From NCBI GenBank assembly GCA_938075675.1, contig CALJHE010000022.1, positions 8,135 to 72,134 on the forward strand: a stretch of 64,000 bases of DNA. The letters run 5' to 3'. The notes below the pieces were generated by a model. That model was not told the DNA's origin and ran no database searches. It worked only from the letters and a program-made list of their open reading frames with translations. This document shows positions 17,001 through 26,118 of the stretch, in pieces. Position 1 is the first letter of the stretch. Each line of letters starts with the position of its first letter. The stretch is from Candidatus Poseidoniaceae archaeon. GTDB lineage: Archaea > Thermoplasmatota > Poseidoniia > Poseidoniales > Poseidoniaceae. Position numbers and translations under genes: made by a program.

Positions 17001-19158
17001 TGACGGGTACGTTTTCCCATGGGTCAAGTGCAGTAAGGCCCGGTCCAGTCAAGTCGGTTGAGTTGAGGCGGGTGTAAACGATTTCTTCGTCTGCAGTTGC
17101 GTTACCAGAATCAACCCATGCGATGTGAACGTTGTTTTGGTCATCAGTGAGAAGGGCTGGGAAGACTGAGTTTCCACCGAACGGTCGGTTTCCAGGTAAG
17201 CCACCGTTTCCTTCAACATTGGAGATTGGGGTGTCTTGAATCTTCTTGATCGCGTATGTGGATAGTCCTTGATCAGCACCATCCCATGCACCAGCGCCTT
17301 GCAGACGGAGTTTGGTGTAGAAGACTTCGTAGTTCACGCCTTTCTCAAATCCGTAGTTGCGGCCATCCATCCAAGCGATGTGGGTGTTGCCTTGCATGTC
17401 AACTCCAATCGATGGGTGGAACGAGTATGCATCATCAATAGTGACACGTGTGTCGTTGACAACCACGAGGTGGCCGTCTGCACCTGCGCCGGTATCTTCG
17501 ACGTATCCGCCGTTGACAACAGAGTGTCCACTTGCACCTGGCGTCCAAGTTGGGTCGTTGTTCATCTTGCCGTATGGGTCAAGAACGGTCATGTAGATTT
17601 CTCGGGAGTTGTTGGTCGAAATGTAAACCATTGCTTCAACAAGCAGAGCCATTGCATTGGCTCCACCGCTACCGGATGGGAACTCGTAGGTTTGTCCACC
17701 GGCGTCGGAATTTCGTAGCGTGTTGCCAGGGCAGTTTCGAGTTTGGGTCGAAACGACATTGTTTGGACACTGGGTCAAATCCATGAAGTGAGATTGGATG
17801 TTACCTGCACCGCCGTATCCTTGTCCGTAAAGGCCGACTGGAATGACGCCTGCGTTGATACAGTTGTCGTGTGCTTCTTCAATTGAAGTCAGATCATCTG
17901 CTTGTTGCGATGGGTCTCCGTCCTTTGGACCTTCATCGGATACTGGAATGATGATTTTCGTTGCGTTCGGATTCCATCGATGGTCGTCTTGAGTTGGTGG
18001 GTTTCCTGGAACATTGCCTTGAGCATCTTTCCATGAGAGGCAACCCCAGTTGGTACCTGGGCCCCAATCTTCACCGGACGAACCAGAGTATGTATTACCG
18101 TTGTACACGGTGCCCGCCAACTTTCGGATACCACCGGAGTCGTCACCCGGTGTTTGTCCGAGAGGAGTTGCACGAGGGCCAGAATTTTGATTTTTACCTG
18201 CACAATTTCCTGAGTTCGCTGCACCAGGCAAAGAGTTTCCGAGGCCATAAATGGTCTCGTAAACAGTCATGTTTGCAGTTTCAAGCAATGGCTTGATACC
18301 TTCAAAGTAACCGCCGGAAGCAAAGTTACCGCCGTACACAACAGTGCAGATATCTGCCCATTCCGAGTACATCGAACCGGAGGTGTCAACGATAAAACTG
18401 AGTTCTACTTTGCCGCCTCGTGTGTCATCCCATGCGATTTGAACATAATCGTTGGCGTCAACGACAACATCCGGGTGGCCCTTGTGACCAATTATAGGAG
18501 TAAGCAATGTGTCGTCAAAGTTCGTGATAACAGCGCCACTGCTGATGTCCGGGGACAACATGGTGTAGTAAATCTGAGGTTGACTGAAGAATTTGCCTTC
18601 AGAGTCATAGGAATCTTCCCAGACGATGTGTACGCCACCTTGGCTGTCGATGTCGATAGCGGGCCAGTCGCGGTTTTGCGCACGGCTTGAAACGACGTGG
18701 TCGTCAATTGCGGAAAGTGTCCCATCATCAGATGCCATGCCATCAAGCGAAGCAGCCCATGGGTTGAGTACGGTGTACATGATTTTGTGTTGGCCGGACT
18801 TATCTGCCCAGACGATGTGAATCTTGTCGTTTTCGTCAACGACCATGTCGGGATGCCAAATCTTGTGCAGACCTGGGTTGGTGATTTGTGTGGTGTCAAT
18901 CATTGTTTCACCGCGAGGCGAAATCATGGAATAGTAAAGGTGGAGATTGTTACGAGTCCAAACGACGTGAACGTTACCTTCGCTGTCCGAACCAAGAGAT
19001 GTTTGTGTATCGGATGAGGTACCCCCGTCAACGATTTGAATCGCTTCGGTGATTACTACGGTGTTCGCTGTTGCGGTAAGTGACGCTAAGAAAAGCGTCG
19101 ACATCACTGAAAGCAACATGATTGATACAAGACTGACTGACTTTATTTTTTGACCCAT
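14068..19158 (-). CDS. giant (1696 aa) cell-surface protein: signal peptide, 7 beta-propeller-type repeats, vWA domain, Ig-like/CARDB-like repeats, C-terminal TM anchor
   Basis: signal peptide; seven (V/I)H(I/V)(V/A)W.D repeats; MIDAS DTSGSM; repeated NITNNGN/NHTA motifs; C-terminal LPFAVILLTIALFGVVFLVG TM + RGRRQ. Confidence 0.7.
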   Translation of the reverse strand: MGQKIKSVSLVSIMLLSVMSTLFLASLTATANTVVITEAIQIVDGGTSSDTQTSLGSDSEGNVHVVWTRNNLHLYYSMISPRGETMIDTTQITNPGLHKIWHPDMVVDENDKIHIVWADKSGQHKIMYTVLNPWAASLDGMASDDGTLSAIDDHVVSSRAQNRDWPAIDIDSQGGVHIVWEDSYDSEGKFFSQPQIYYTMLSPDISSGAVITNFDDTLLTPIIGHKGHPDVVVDANDYVQIAWDDTRGGKVELSFIVDTSGSMYSEWADICTVVYGGNFASGGYFEGIKPLLETANMTVYETIYGLGNSLPGAANSGNCAGKNQNSGPRATPLGQTPGDDSGGIRKLAGTVYNGNTYSGSSGEDWGPGTNWGCLSWKDAQGNVPGNPPTQDDHRWNPNATKIIIPVSDEGPKDGDPSQQADDLTSIEEAHDNCINAGVIPVGLYGQGYGGAGNIQSHFMDLTQCPNNVVSTQTRNCPGNTLRNSDAGGQTYEFPSGSGGANAMALLVEAMVYISTNNSREIYMTVLDPYGKMNNDPTWTPGASGHSVVNGGYVEDTGAGADGHLVVVNDTRVTIDDAYSFHPSIGVDMQGNTHIAWMDGRNYGFEKGVNYEVFYTKLRLQGAGAWDGADQGLSTYAIKKIQDTPISNVEGNGGLPGNRPFGGNSVFPALLTDDQNNVHIAWVDSGNATADEEIVYTRLNSTDLTGPGLTALDPWENVPVTSWASNKLGPSSGSQPSIGMPPAFSNDLGSGAHLAWSDTNKCGEEANNNRFTICYSHVLTGQVDVDFQDGETYYHVIEPGEQTIYNMTMNNSTPGPKDLVADTFGLNISGVPQNWTATLFFADNHTTIMPDTAIFLEGGEDMRFYMRVRAPSVYQADADQIADISVTAKSYKDPAIQSDIVTRTLMDVVHGINLDASHSMADVEQGQTAIFSITITNTGNVNDQFVFWDPYTLEGRQEWLLQFGWTVNFPTSVELDPGQSVTKNLEVFVPTSEDPGAFVIYLKGWSAGEPIKSIEKGTYDVLELGVFVSIRSTGNIVMELFDTSEYVDPGECATYPIDVTKNFDSGKLVFVTPGAPEEKPDTISMDAWREDNWVLSLDFSNAPGGNSVDLSEPRDWNIPPGAEFVTYEVSVDVCAPTKASAGLGPAVIVKAYLDGYPRISASKILSTNVNHVYQLSASADIADDDKLTLNGQEVLPVTPGQQVIIPTTVTNHGNGPDRFDYRLARVTDPAGVDVIWDIEVPRGNLVELSRDTNQIFDVTMNVPDQVESGVYTVVFQTFSEESYPDASGRLTRLRYVQTIPVYVEEFYDMQISMDSTVDNAVKTSAPGRIVRFELNITNNGNVPDWPTLNNHTAKVDGDVQVMSELPGMGSLSEWAVEWRLVKQIGTDLTTEEPCEVVASIETTTGNEDAAIDPEVVFADLVDRCIYLESEDRYFMPMMDAYTTYPVVAIVKIDPSAILSTRPIGLKVVSKMGNMLDGGDHDDSPSWAAESLDTNEFVITLRLRAPNLVLSEVSVSDNTADVDTTIPIRVVLQNDGNTHATDIEIVLCEYKNAADPDTTKEIRKNGCADENIVMRQVIGALLAPDDTEDYKEIELVLLYPVSAGSHGVYVVVDPSNEIVESSESDNVKAVEQELKSTGGILDVAGEVVGKTALPFAVILLTIALFGVVFLVGRGRRQAVLDRKAEQSSLVSVLAGAED

Positions 19159-19268
19159 AAATACACATCCCTAGGTTAGACTAAGAAAAAGCACAATCTT
19201 ATGATACTTAACCGCGACTGTTACATGTCATATTTCGCTCTCGCATGATGCGAGTCGGAATCGAGTGC

Positions 19269-19952
19269 TCAAGCCCATTCGGAGGGATCAAAACCGGAAC
19301 CAAAAGACATCTTTTCGTCGAATTCAATTTCATGATGAGTCGATTGCTCTGACGATTCGTCGGAAGTCACAGTCGGCGTCTTTCCTTCTTGTTTGGCTTT
19401 TACCCAATCATCAACAGGACCTGGTTTCCCGACGCCCGGGCCGTGAGTGAACTTGATTTCGTGAATAACTCCAAGTTTGGCCAACCAAAGGCGGCGAAGA
19501 GTATGCATGAAATCGTTTTTTGTTAGACCGTCGAACCAAAGCGGCAGGCTGACGTTAAAAGCTTGAAGTGGCCCTGTTTTTTGGTCACCTTCATGACCCA
19601 TGTGAATCCCCCAATCAACACTGGTTCGAATCAATTGTAAACGGACATCATGAATCCATTCCAGCCATGTCTCTTTGTCTTCTTTCATGTGAGTTGCCAT
19701 CTCTTTTTGTTGACCCTCATCGACGCGAGTCATGCTAGAAACTGCTACCAAATCTCGCCCCTTAGGAATAACCACTGCGAACATATGTCCTTGTGGCCCC
19801 TGAGGGTATCGTATCAGCAAATGCATCTCTGCTCTCGGATCTTTCTGTTCCTTGGCGACAAGGCGTTCTTCCTTGAGCCATTGGCGTATATTGAGTTCTG
19901 CATCCCCGCTCCCCATGCTCAACCCGACACACTCCTCTCGTTTGAACCGCAC
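19269..19952 (-). CDS. hypothetical cytoplasmic protein
   Basis: 227-aa ORF (possible start at internal Met, 19916); no confident family. Confidence 0.35.
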   Translation of the reverse strand: MRFKREECVGLSMGSGDAELNIRQWLKEERLVAKEQKDPRAEMHLLIRYPQGPQGHMFAVVIPKGRDLVAVSSMTRVDEGQQKEMATHMKEDKETWLEWIHDVRLQLIRTSVDWGIHMGHEGDQKTGPLQAFNVSLPLWFDGLTKNDFMHTLRRLWLAKLGVIHEIKFTHGPGVGKPGPVDDWVKAKQEGKTPTVTSDESSEQSTHHEIEFDEKMSFGSGFDPSEWA

Positions 19953-19964
19953 CCTTGTAGGCGG

Positions 19965-21587
19965 TCACAATTTATCCATCTCAGAATGAAGGATTTTGAG
20001 GGCGCCTCGAAGGTTTTGGCGTTTCGTGCTGTTGAATCGGAAACGGCGCATTGCTCGTTTCAAATCGCACCAATCATCCCATAGAAGGGTCGATGTTCGG
20101 CCGCACAACCAGAAACAAGGCAGTGCAGTCAACATGAAAAGCATTCGAGCTAAGTTTTGGTGGAGTGAAGATGTACCGATGAGATTCAGCCAGTCGAATC
20201 CGAGAAGAGATACGAGGGTTTCGTGGTTGGCATGTTCGATCGCCAATAGGCCCAAAATCATGAACGGCCAAAACATCAACGAGCCAAACATGGCTGCCAA
20301 GAAATGATACGAGGTACGCGCATCAAGGCCTTCGTCGGTTGAATCGCCGAGTATTCGCCCCATGGCGATTTGCGGTGTATACGCATAGATAAACAAAGGA
20401 AGAAGTGAGAGTAGCAGTGGTAGTCGTACCACTTTTTTCGCCAAAGAAAACGGTTCAACGCGTCGTAAATCAGTACCTGATGCATTGAGGTCACGTCCAT
20501 CTAATTGACACTCCTTGAGAATCAGTGCGGCCGCTTTCGCCGAACCGATTGCAGGATGAGTGATTTCCGGCACTGCTGCGTTTTCGATGACCTCTTGCTC
20601 GGTAAGTTGAGGTTGTAACAAAAGCCTCAGTGCACGTGCCGATTGCACTTCCTCCCTCCATGAAACGAGCGGTCGATTGGTTCTCAGAGATTCCACGTGC
20701 CCCATTAAATGGAGAGCATGGTATTCTTCCCAAGTACGGGTATTCGGTGTAAGCGGAACCAGTTGCGTACGAATTTTGTCACGTAACGAAAACACACTTT
20801 CCGCTGGAGGTTCAACCCAATTGCCATGGGATACGGCTTGAACTAAATCGTGAGGTATTTCTTCATCAGTGATTTTGTGTGGCGAGCCGTACTCCACCCA
20901 AACGTCTGTGCGGAATTTTTCTCGTTCTCTGAAATGTAGACCTATTGGAATGACTGCGGGGAGAGGTTTGTTTGATGCTTTGGCTAAAGCGGCTGCTGCA
21001 AAAACGGTACGGAATGGACCGGTTCGGAACCGGAGCATTGAGGACTCGTTGTGACTGGTGCCCTCGGGAAACAAAACACAACCAAACCCGGCTGAGATGC
21101 CGGTAGAAAGCATCAGTAAAGAGCGCCCGTTAATTTGGGTCGCCTCTTCTTCACTGCACCCATCGCGCAACAATTCTGCTTTCCTTACAACAGGCTGGAC
21201 TGCCAATTTACGCGTCCACCAACTCAACAGTGGGCGTGTGACGAGGTCGTGCCTTCCGCCCATAACGAAATTCTTAGGGTGCTTGAGGACGATTTGCAAT
21301 GGGTCCATGAGCCCGTTTGTATGCCATGCACAGCACAGATTTCCACGATCCATCGGAAGAGTTTCAATTCCTGAAACCTCACTGGTTCGGAACTGAACTG
21401 CCAAAATACGTCGCGCGATCCAATACGCGACGTTTGACCAAAATGGGGAACCGGGGGTGTTTCCGTCGAACGTTGGCATTGGAGCCGAGAGCAGTTTATC
21501 CATTTGCATGTTCTTTGCCGACTTCGACAATTCTGGCAACTTCTCACCGCGATGATCGGTCGCTCCATCCTTCATTGGCTGACTCAT
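19965..21587 (-). CDS. lysophospholipid/glycerol-3-phosphate acyltransferase (PlsC family) with C-terminal membrane domain
   Basis: HX4D acyltransferase motif (CAWHTNGLMDP) and FPEGTS motif; hydrophobic C-terminal third. Confidence 0.7.
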   Translation of the reverse strand: MSQPMKDGATDHRGEKLPELSKSAKNMQMDKLLSAPMPTFDGNTPGSPFWSNVAYWIARRILAVQFRTSEVSGIETLPMDRGNLCCAWHTNGLMDPLQIVLKHPKNFVMGGRHDLVTRPLLSWWTRKLAVQPVVRKAELLRDGCSEEEATQINGRSLLMLSTGISAGFGCVLFPEGTSHNESSMLRFRTGPFRTVFAAAALAKASNKPLPAVIPIGLHFREREKFRTDVWVEYGSPHKITDEEIPHDLVQAVSHGNWVEPPAESVFSLRDKIRTQLVPLTPNTRTWEEYHALHLMGHVESLRTNRPLVSWREEVQSARALRLLLQPQLTEQEVIENAAVPEITHPAIGSAKAAALILKECQLDGRDLNASGTDLRRVEPFSLAKKVVRLPLLLSLLPLFIYAYTPQIAMGRILGDSTDEGLDARTSYHFLAAMFGSLMFWPFMILGLLAIEHANHETLVSLLGFDWLNLIGTSSLHQNLARMLFMLTALPCFWLCGRTSTLLWDDWCDLKRAMRRFRFNSTKRQNLRGALKILHSEMDKL

Positions 21588-22024
21588 TCCGCCACCTCGC
21601 GTAAAGATTCAGAGAGAACTGCAAGTGAACTATGGTCGACCTCGCCACCCATTGGCGTGGAATGAGGCCACATTGAATGAAGTGTCAAACCACCATCGCC
21701 TGGTTGTCGCGGTAAGACATGAACATGGACATGAGGCACTTCTTGACCGGCAAGAGGTCCGTCGTGCACACAGACGGTGAAATCAGATGTAGAGAAGTGA
21801 TGCGAAAGGCGGCGTTGTACTTCAGCGACCCCTTCAAACAAAGCGTTCCTCGATTGGTTGGAAAGTGAAGCAATATGTTGAGCGCTCTGCTTCGGAACAA
21901 CAAGTGTGTGTCCCTCGCAACGCGGGAATATATCGAGGAATGCATACCACTGTTCACCTTCAGCAACACGGTGGGATGGTATCTCACCAGAGATGATTTG
22001 GTCGAACAAGGTCGGCACGCCCAT
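21584..22024 (-). CDS. HIT-family (histidine triad) nucleotide hydrolase
   Basis: HVHVHVLPR histidine triad; stop overlaps the PlsC-like start (ATGA). Confidence 0.85.
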   Translation of the reverse strand: MGVPTLFDQIISGEIPSHRVAEGEQWYAFLDIFPRCEGHTLVVPKQSAQHIASLSNQSRNALFEGVAEVQRRLSHHFSTSDFTVCVHDGPLAGQEVPHVHVHVLPRQPGDGGLTLHSMWPHSTPMGGEVDHSSLAVLSESLREVAE

Positions 22025-22080
22025 GTCCTTGCCACGAGGTTTACCTTTTCAGTGATTCACCGGAAAAAGAGGTTTTTCGC

Positions 22081-23751
22081 TCATTGAGGCGTGAGAATCC
22101 AATTACCAGATTTGCTCTTACGGAGTGCGAGCGTACTCACTTCGCCCATCTGATTAACAGTGTAATGGTGGAGGTGGTCCTCACTGAATTCAGTAAAATC
22201 AGAGCGGTGATGGCTGCCACGTGTTTCTTTTCGGGCGAGGGCTGAATGTGCTGCTGCAAGAGAAAGTCGAGCAGATGCCTGAACTCGAGCAATTTCAACA
22301 AGATTCATGTTCGCAATCAATGAAGACTGGTCAACGTGAATCGATTCCGCAAGGACTGAGGCGGCTTCCAAAGTCTCGATGAGGGAAGTGAGGCCGTCTG
22401 CATCCCGGGTCATGCCGAGGGAAGATTGTACAGCGTCTCGTACTTTGGTCACTACATGACCTACGCGAACTACGCCCTCATCAGAAAGTTCCGAAACTGC
22501 AGAGTGATCTGCTTGTGCCGCTTGCTCTGCTTCATGTGCAGCCTGAGCGTTCGTGAATTGTCGGTTTTTTACCCATTTCCCAGCATGAGCGCCTGCGGCT
22601 GCCCCGCCTAGGACCGCATCCAGCATTCTGTTTCCAGGCAAGATGTCTGCACCATGGAATCCTGAGCATGATGCGTCACCTGCAGCATATAGGCCGGTAA
22701 ACCATCGAGACCATGTGGAAAGAATAGCTCTACCATGTTCGTCAACAGTAATGCCGCCAATGGTAGCATATGGGCGTGATTCAATACCAACAGTTTGACG
22801 GGACATGTCAATTCCAGTTCGTTGCTTAACGCTTCGGAATACAGCATTCCACCATCCAGAGGCGTCGCCCAAATTACGAGCATCGATGACAGGTTGTTTT
22901 GCGTTCGAAACCATTTGGCACACTTCATCAAGCGTAGATTCTCCAAACTCCAAGTCAGAACCACTGGCTTCATGGAGCGTTGCGCCATCATGCAAGAGAC
23001 CGAGAGGCAGAATGAGATTGGTATCTTTGATGCCAAGAGGTGAATGTGCAATGAACTCCATATCTCGCAGTGGCACGCCTGCACGTAGGGCGAGGTCCAA
23101 CCCAAGGCCGACTTGGCCGTGGCTGAACGCTCCCTCAAATCCGCCATCCGCGATGATAATGGCTTTGGCTTGAAGTGCTGTAATTCGACCGTTGACGGTA
23201 TCCACGACCGTGATTCCGCTAACGGATTCGTTGGTATGGATGAGAGAAAGAGGCAAATGATCACCACGGCGCGTCACACCATACCTCATGCATTGTTCTT
23301 CGAGAATTTGTTGTATTTCACGGCCTGTAGCATCGCCAGCGTCAGCGTTACGGGCCTTGCCGTGACCAATTGCCTTTCTTGCCATAGGTAAGCCCTGGGC
23401 ATCGCGGCGGAACGTCAAGCCCCAGCGCTCAAGTAAATCCACTTGCCGAGTAGCAGCAGCAGTGCGAAGAGCGACTATGTCTTGGTCGTTCAAGAACGCT
23501 CCTGAGCGAATAGTATCTTCACGGTGGTCTCGGTTATTCGACTCTTGCAGGGGTGCAGCAAGTCCGTCTTGGGCAAAATGCGAGGTACTCCCCAGTGCGT
23601 TCTCACAAAGCATCAATGTGGATGCTCCAGACTTAGCTGATTCTGCTGCAGAACGGAGGGCTGCAGGCCCGTCGCCTAATACGATGACATCCCATGCTTC
23701 CAAGGTTCCACATCCGGTAAATGAACGCAAGTGCCCCCCATCCATAAGCAC
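22081..23751 (-). CDS. FAD flavoprotein of the SdhA/FrdA/NadB family (L-aspartate oxidase-like)
   Basis: N-terminal dinucleotide-binding VIVLGDGPAALRSA, C-terminal ETRGSHHRSDF signature, ~550 aa. Confidence 0.7.
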   Translation of the reverse strand: MLMDGGHLRSFTGCGTLEAWDVIVLGDGPAALRSAAESAKSGASTLMLCENALGSTSHFAQDGLAAPLQESNNRDHREDTIRSGAFLNDQDIVALRTAAATRQVDLLERWGLTFRRDAQGLPMARKAIGHGKARNADAGDATGREIQQILEEQCMRYGVTRRGDHLPLSLIHTNESVSGITVVDTVNGRITALQAKAIIIADGGFEGAFSHGQVGLGLDLALRAGVPLRDMEFIAHSPLGIKDTNLILPLGLLHDGATLHEASGSDLEFGESTLDEVCQMVSNAKQPVIDARNLGDASGWWNAVFRSVKQRTGIDMSRQTVGIESRPYATIGGITVDEHGRAILSTWSRWFTGLYAAGDASCSGFHGADILPGNRMLDAVLGGAAAGAHAGKWVKNRQFTNAQAAHEAEQAAQADHSAVSELSDEGVVRVGHVVTKVRDAVQSSLGMTRDADGLTSLIETLEAASVLAESIHVDQSSLIANMNLVEIARVQASARLSLAAAHSALARKETRGSHHRSDFTEFSEDHLHHYTVNQMGEVSTLALRKSKSGNWILTPQ

Positions 23752-23821
23752 CGCGCTTCTACGACTTGCAATTTCGAGGCTGTAGAGGAGATGGCATTGG
23801 CATGAATATTGATTTCAGGGT

Positions 23822-25360
23822 TCACAGAACCATCTTTGGGAGTGCAAGGTCGCCTTGTTTGCGAGCGTCTTCCAATTTATGCATTCTCTTGTTTACCCGG
23901 CGTCCCGCAGAACGCCGAACTACCGTACGAATCACTTGAGATTCCAAAACGATCCCTGCATCATCACGAAGAATAACCTGTACGTCGGCAGGCCCGTGAA
24001 AACTACGAGGCCAAGCAACGCCAATCCAGAGAACAACGCCGCGCTCCAAGTACCTTGGAATCCAATCGAGGGCGTCTTCTTCAGTTGAATGCGAGAGCAA
24101 CACTGAACTTTTCGGAGGCGGACATGCACTCAATTCGAAGCGGTGGTCTCGGGTTTCCGGTTCTCCGTTTGGAGTCAATACTTCGACACGTACCGCACGT
24201 GATTCAAAGGTTTGATTGTTGAGAGCAATGAATAAATTTCCTGCGCCTTCATAGCAATTATCGTCCAGTGCAACATCCATGCGCCATTCAGCTCGCAAAA
24301 GCGGCGGGGCACCGGAAAGCAGGTCGTTTTGTAGGCGATCGAGCAGAAGGAAAGCTTCTGGCTGCCAGCCTCTTGAGTGAGCGACAAGCCGTTGAATCGT
24401 TCGCCAATTGAACCTTGCATCGTCGTCGAGCAGTAACTTTTCAAATCGTTCCTGTGAAATGAAGGATCGCAATTCATCATGAGCCATCTGCGTAGTGAGT
24501 TCTTCTTCCATGTGGAGGTGCAAAATGTAGAGCAAGCGCTCCAATGCTTGTTTCGTGATGTGTCCGGGAATCAACGCCTTGCGGAATAATTTCTGCCATT
24601 CTTCCCATTCCAAGAACAAATCTGGGTCGAGGTGAGCAACCAACAGGTCTCCAAGCACACTACCCAGTTGGGTAGGGTGGTGCGTAGGGGCGTGGAAAAC
24701 GATGGATGGAAATGGGTCTCCAAGTTGACGGATAAAAGCGTATGAAAAGAATCCGTGAAAGGTTTGTGCGATTCCGAGCGTCATCGCCACAAGAAGTGCA
24801 AGGTTCCATGCCAGTGAGTTCGCTGTAACTACCGAAGCAAGCATCAAGAGAACGACGGTGAGCGAAGAAAGAAGTGTGAGGACCAAATTGTTACGGCGTT
24901 GGTCGTTAAGACTTTCGAGAATGCGGTCCATACCTGGCTGGGCTCGTAATGCGTGCTTTTTGCCATCCCGGACACCGCCTTGTTCACGAAGAGAGATTCT
25001 TGCCTGCATCGCTTGCCAAGCGGACTCGCCTGCAACAACTGTCGGTGCGACAGCAATGAGAATGAGTGGAATAAGAATGAAAATTAAACCGTTCAATGAA
25101 TCAATGATGGGTGCGTAAATTAGACTAGAAAATGCAAAAACTGCAAGAGAAAAACCGCTCATGGTTCGCCAAAGCATCAAGGCCGGGTGACGTGCAATTC
25201 GCCCAGCCCTAAGACGGCGCTTTTCCAAAACACTCCACTGGTTACGGGTGTTTTCAATCGGGTCTTCAGAGTACTCAAAACCCTCTCCGTAAGGGTCAGG
25301 AAGCGGAATAAAGGCATCCGATTCTGTCGACTTACTCCCCTTTGCAGCCATAGCGCTCAT
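23822..25360 (-). CDS. polytopic membrane protein with large cytoplasmic C-terminal domain
   Basis: ~6 TM helices in N-terminal half; no recognisable catalytic motif. Confidence 0.4.
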   Translation of the reverse strand: MSAMAAKGSKSTESDAFIPLPDPYGEGFEYSEDPIENTRNQWSVLEKRRLRAGRIARHPALMLWRTMSGFSLAVFAFSSLIYAPIIDSLNGLIFILIPLILIAVAPTVVAGESAWQAMQARISLREQGGVRDGKKHALRAQPGMDRILESLNDQRRNNLVLTLLSSLTVVLLMLASVVTANSLAWNLALLVAMTLGIAQTFHGFFSYAFIRQLGDPFPSIVFHAPTHHPTQLGSVLGDLLVAHLDPDLFLEWEEWQKLFRKALIPGHITKQALERLLYILHLHMEEELTTQMAHDELRSFISQERFEKLLLDDDARFNWRTIQRLVAHSRGWQPEAFLLLDRLQNDLLSGAPPLLRAEWRMDVALDDNCYEGAGNLFIALNNQTFESRAVRVEVLTPNGEPETRDHRFELSACPPPKSSVLLSHSTEEDALDWIPRYLERGVVLWIGVAWPRSFHGPADVQVILRDDAGIVLESQVIRTVVRRSAGRRVNKRMHKLEDARKQGDLALPKMVL

Positions 25361-25450
25361 GCTATGACGCGCGGCCGTTGAATATGTCTCTTGCCTCTGA
25401 CATCACTCAATCACTGTGATTTTGATAAATACTTCCGACATACAAAATCG

Positions 25451-25459
25451 AAAAAAAAA
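25451..25459 (-). terminator. oligo-T (T9 on minus strand) archaeal-type terminator
   Basis: A9 run on plus strand 17 nt downstream of the stop of the 25476-25961 minus-strand gene. Confidence 0.35.
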
Positions 25460-25475
25460 CAAAGTTTGTTGGACT

Positions 25476-25961
25476 TCAAGCCCAAGTTATGTGACTATCA
25501 ACGTACTTCGCCACTTGCTTGTAACCAGCAAACCAGTAATACAGTGTTAGCGTTATAATACTCAGTACACAGACTTTAACCCAAATTCCAAACAATCCCA
25601 TTGCGGTTCCAGTGAAACGAATGCTTCGGCCATCAATTCGAACTTTTTTCGCCCACTTGTTGATGACCATGCATTTGGCCCAAGGGAGTCCAAAGCCAAG
25701 AGTAATTCCGATCAAGAGGAAACCGAGGAGTTTGGTGAAAAACAATCCGTATTCTGCAGTTTGTATTGCCCAAACGCCGCCGCTAGAAGGTACGTTTTGA
25801 GCCATTGACGCCATTGCCATTACAGGCTCATGAGAGACCGATGGCGCTGCAACCACAGGGACATCCGCTACTGTAGATGAAGGCGTTTCAACGGTGTCTT
25901 CATTTGGCACCCATTCGGCTCCATCCCACTTCCACTTGCCGTCTTCGCTTATTTGTTGCAT
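25476..25961 (-). CDS. membrane protein with N-terminal DGKWKWDGAEWVP Trp-rich motif
   Basis: trimmed from a 386-aa ORF whose upstream part is antisense to the repeat region of the facing gene; 3 TM helices C-terminal; start MQQISEDGKWKWDG. Confidence 0.45.
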   Translation of the reverse strand: MQQISEDGKWKWDGAEWVPNEDTVETPSSTVADVPVVAAPSVSHEPVMAMASMAQNVPSSGGVWAIQTAEYGLFFTKLLGFLLIGITLGFGLPWAKCMVINKWAKKVRIDGRSIRFTGTAMGLFGIWVKVCVLSIITLTLYYWFAGYKQVAKYVDSHITWA

Positions 25962-26118
25962 GATATTCGAATAAAACGTTGAATATATCAGTTTTTTGGG
26001 TCTTTTGAATTTCTGCTTGAGCGATGAGGAGAACGAACAGACGATAATGGAGAGTAAATACTGTCGCTGTGCGTTTAATCTTTGTAAGACTAATAGTGTA
26101 GTGGTTCGTCCGTAGATT

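Noticed and set aside
14269-19017. Numerous 60-150-aa ORFs on both strands inside 14068-19158
   Set aside because: They lie fully within the 1696-aa surface-protein gene, which has continuous domain structure. No independent signals support them.
22426-23391. Plus-strand and minus-strand ORFs (for example 22608-23267, 22805-23173, 23113-23391) within the flavoprotein gene
   Set aside because: They are embedded in or antisense to the 556-aa SdhA/NadB-family ORF. Their translations are low-complexity (Ala/Arg/Pro-rich), typical of off-frame GC-rich sequence.
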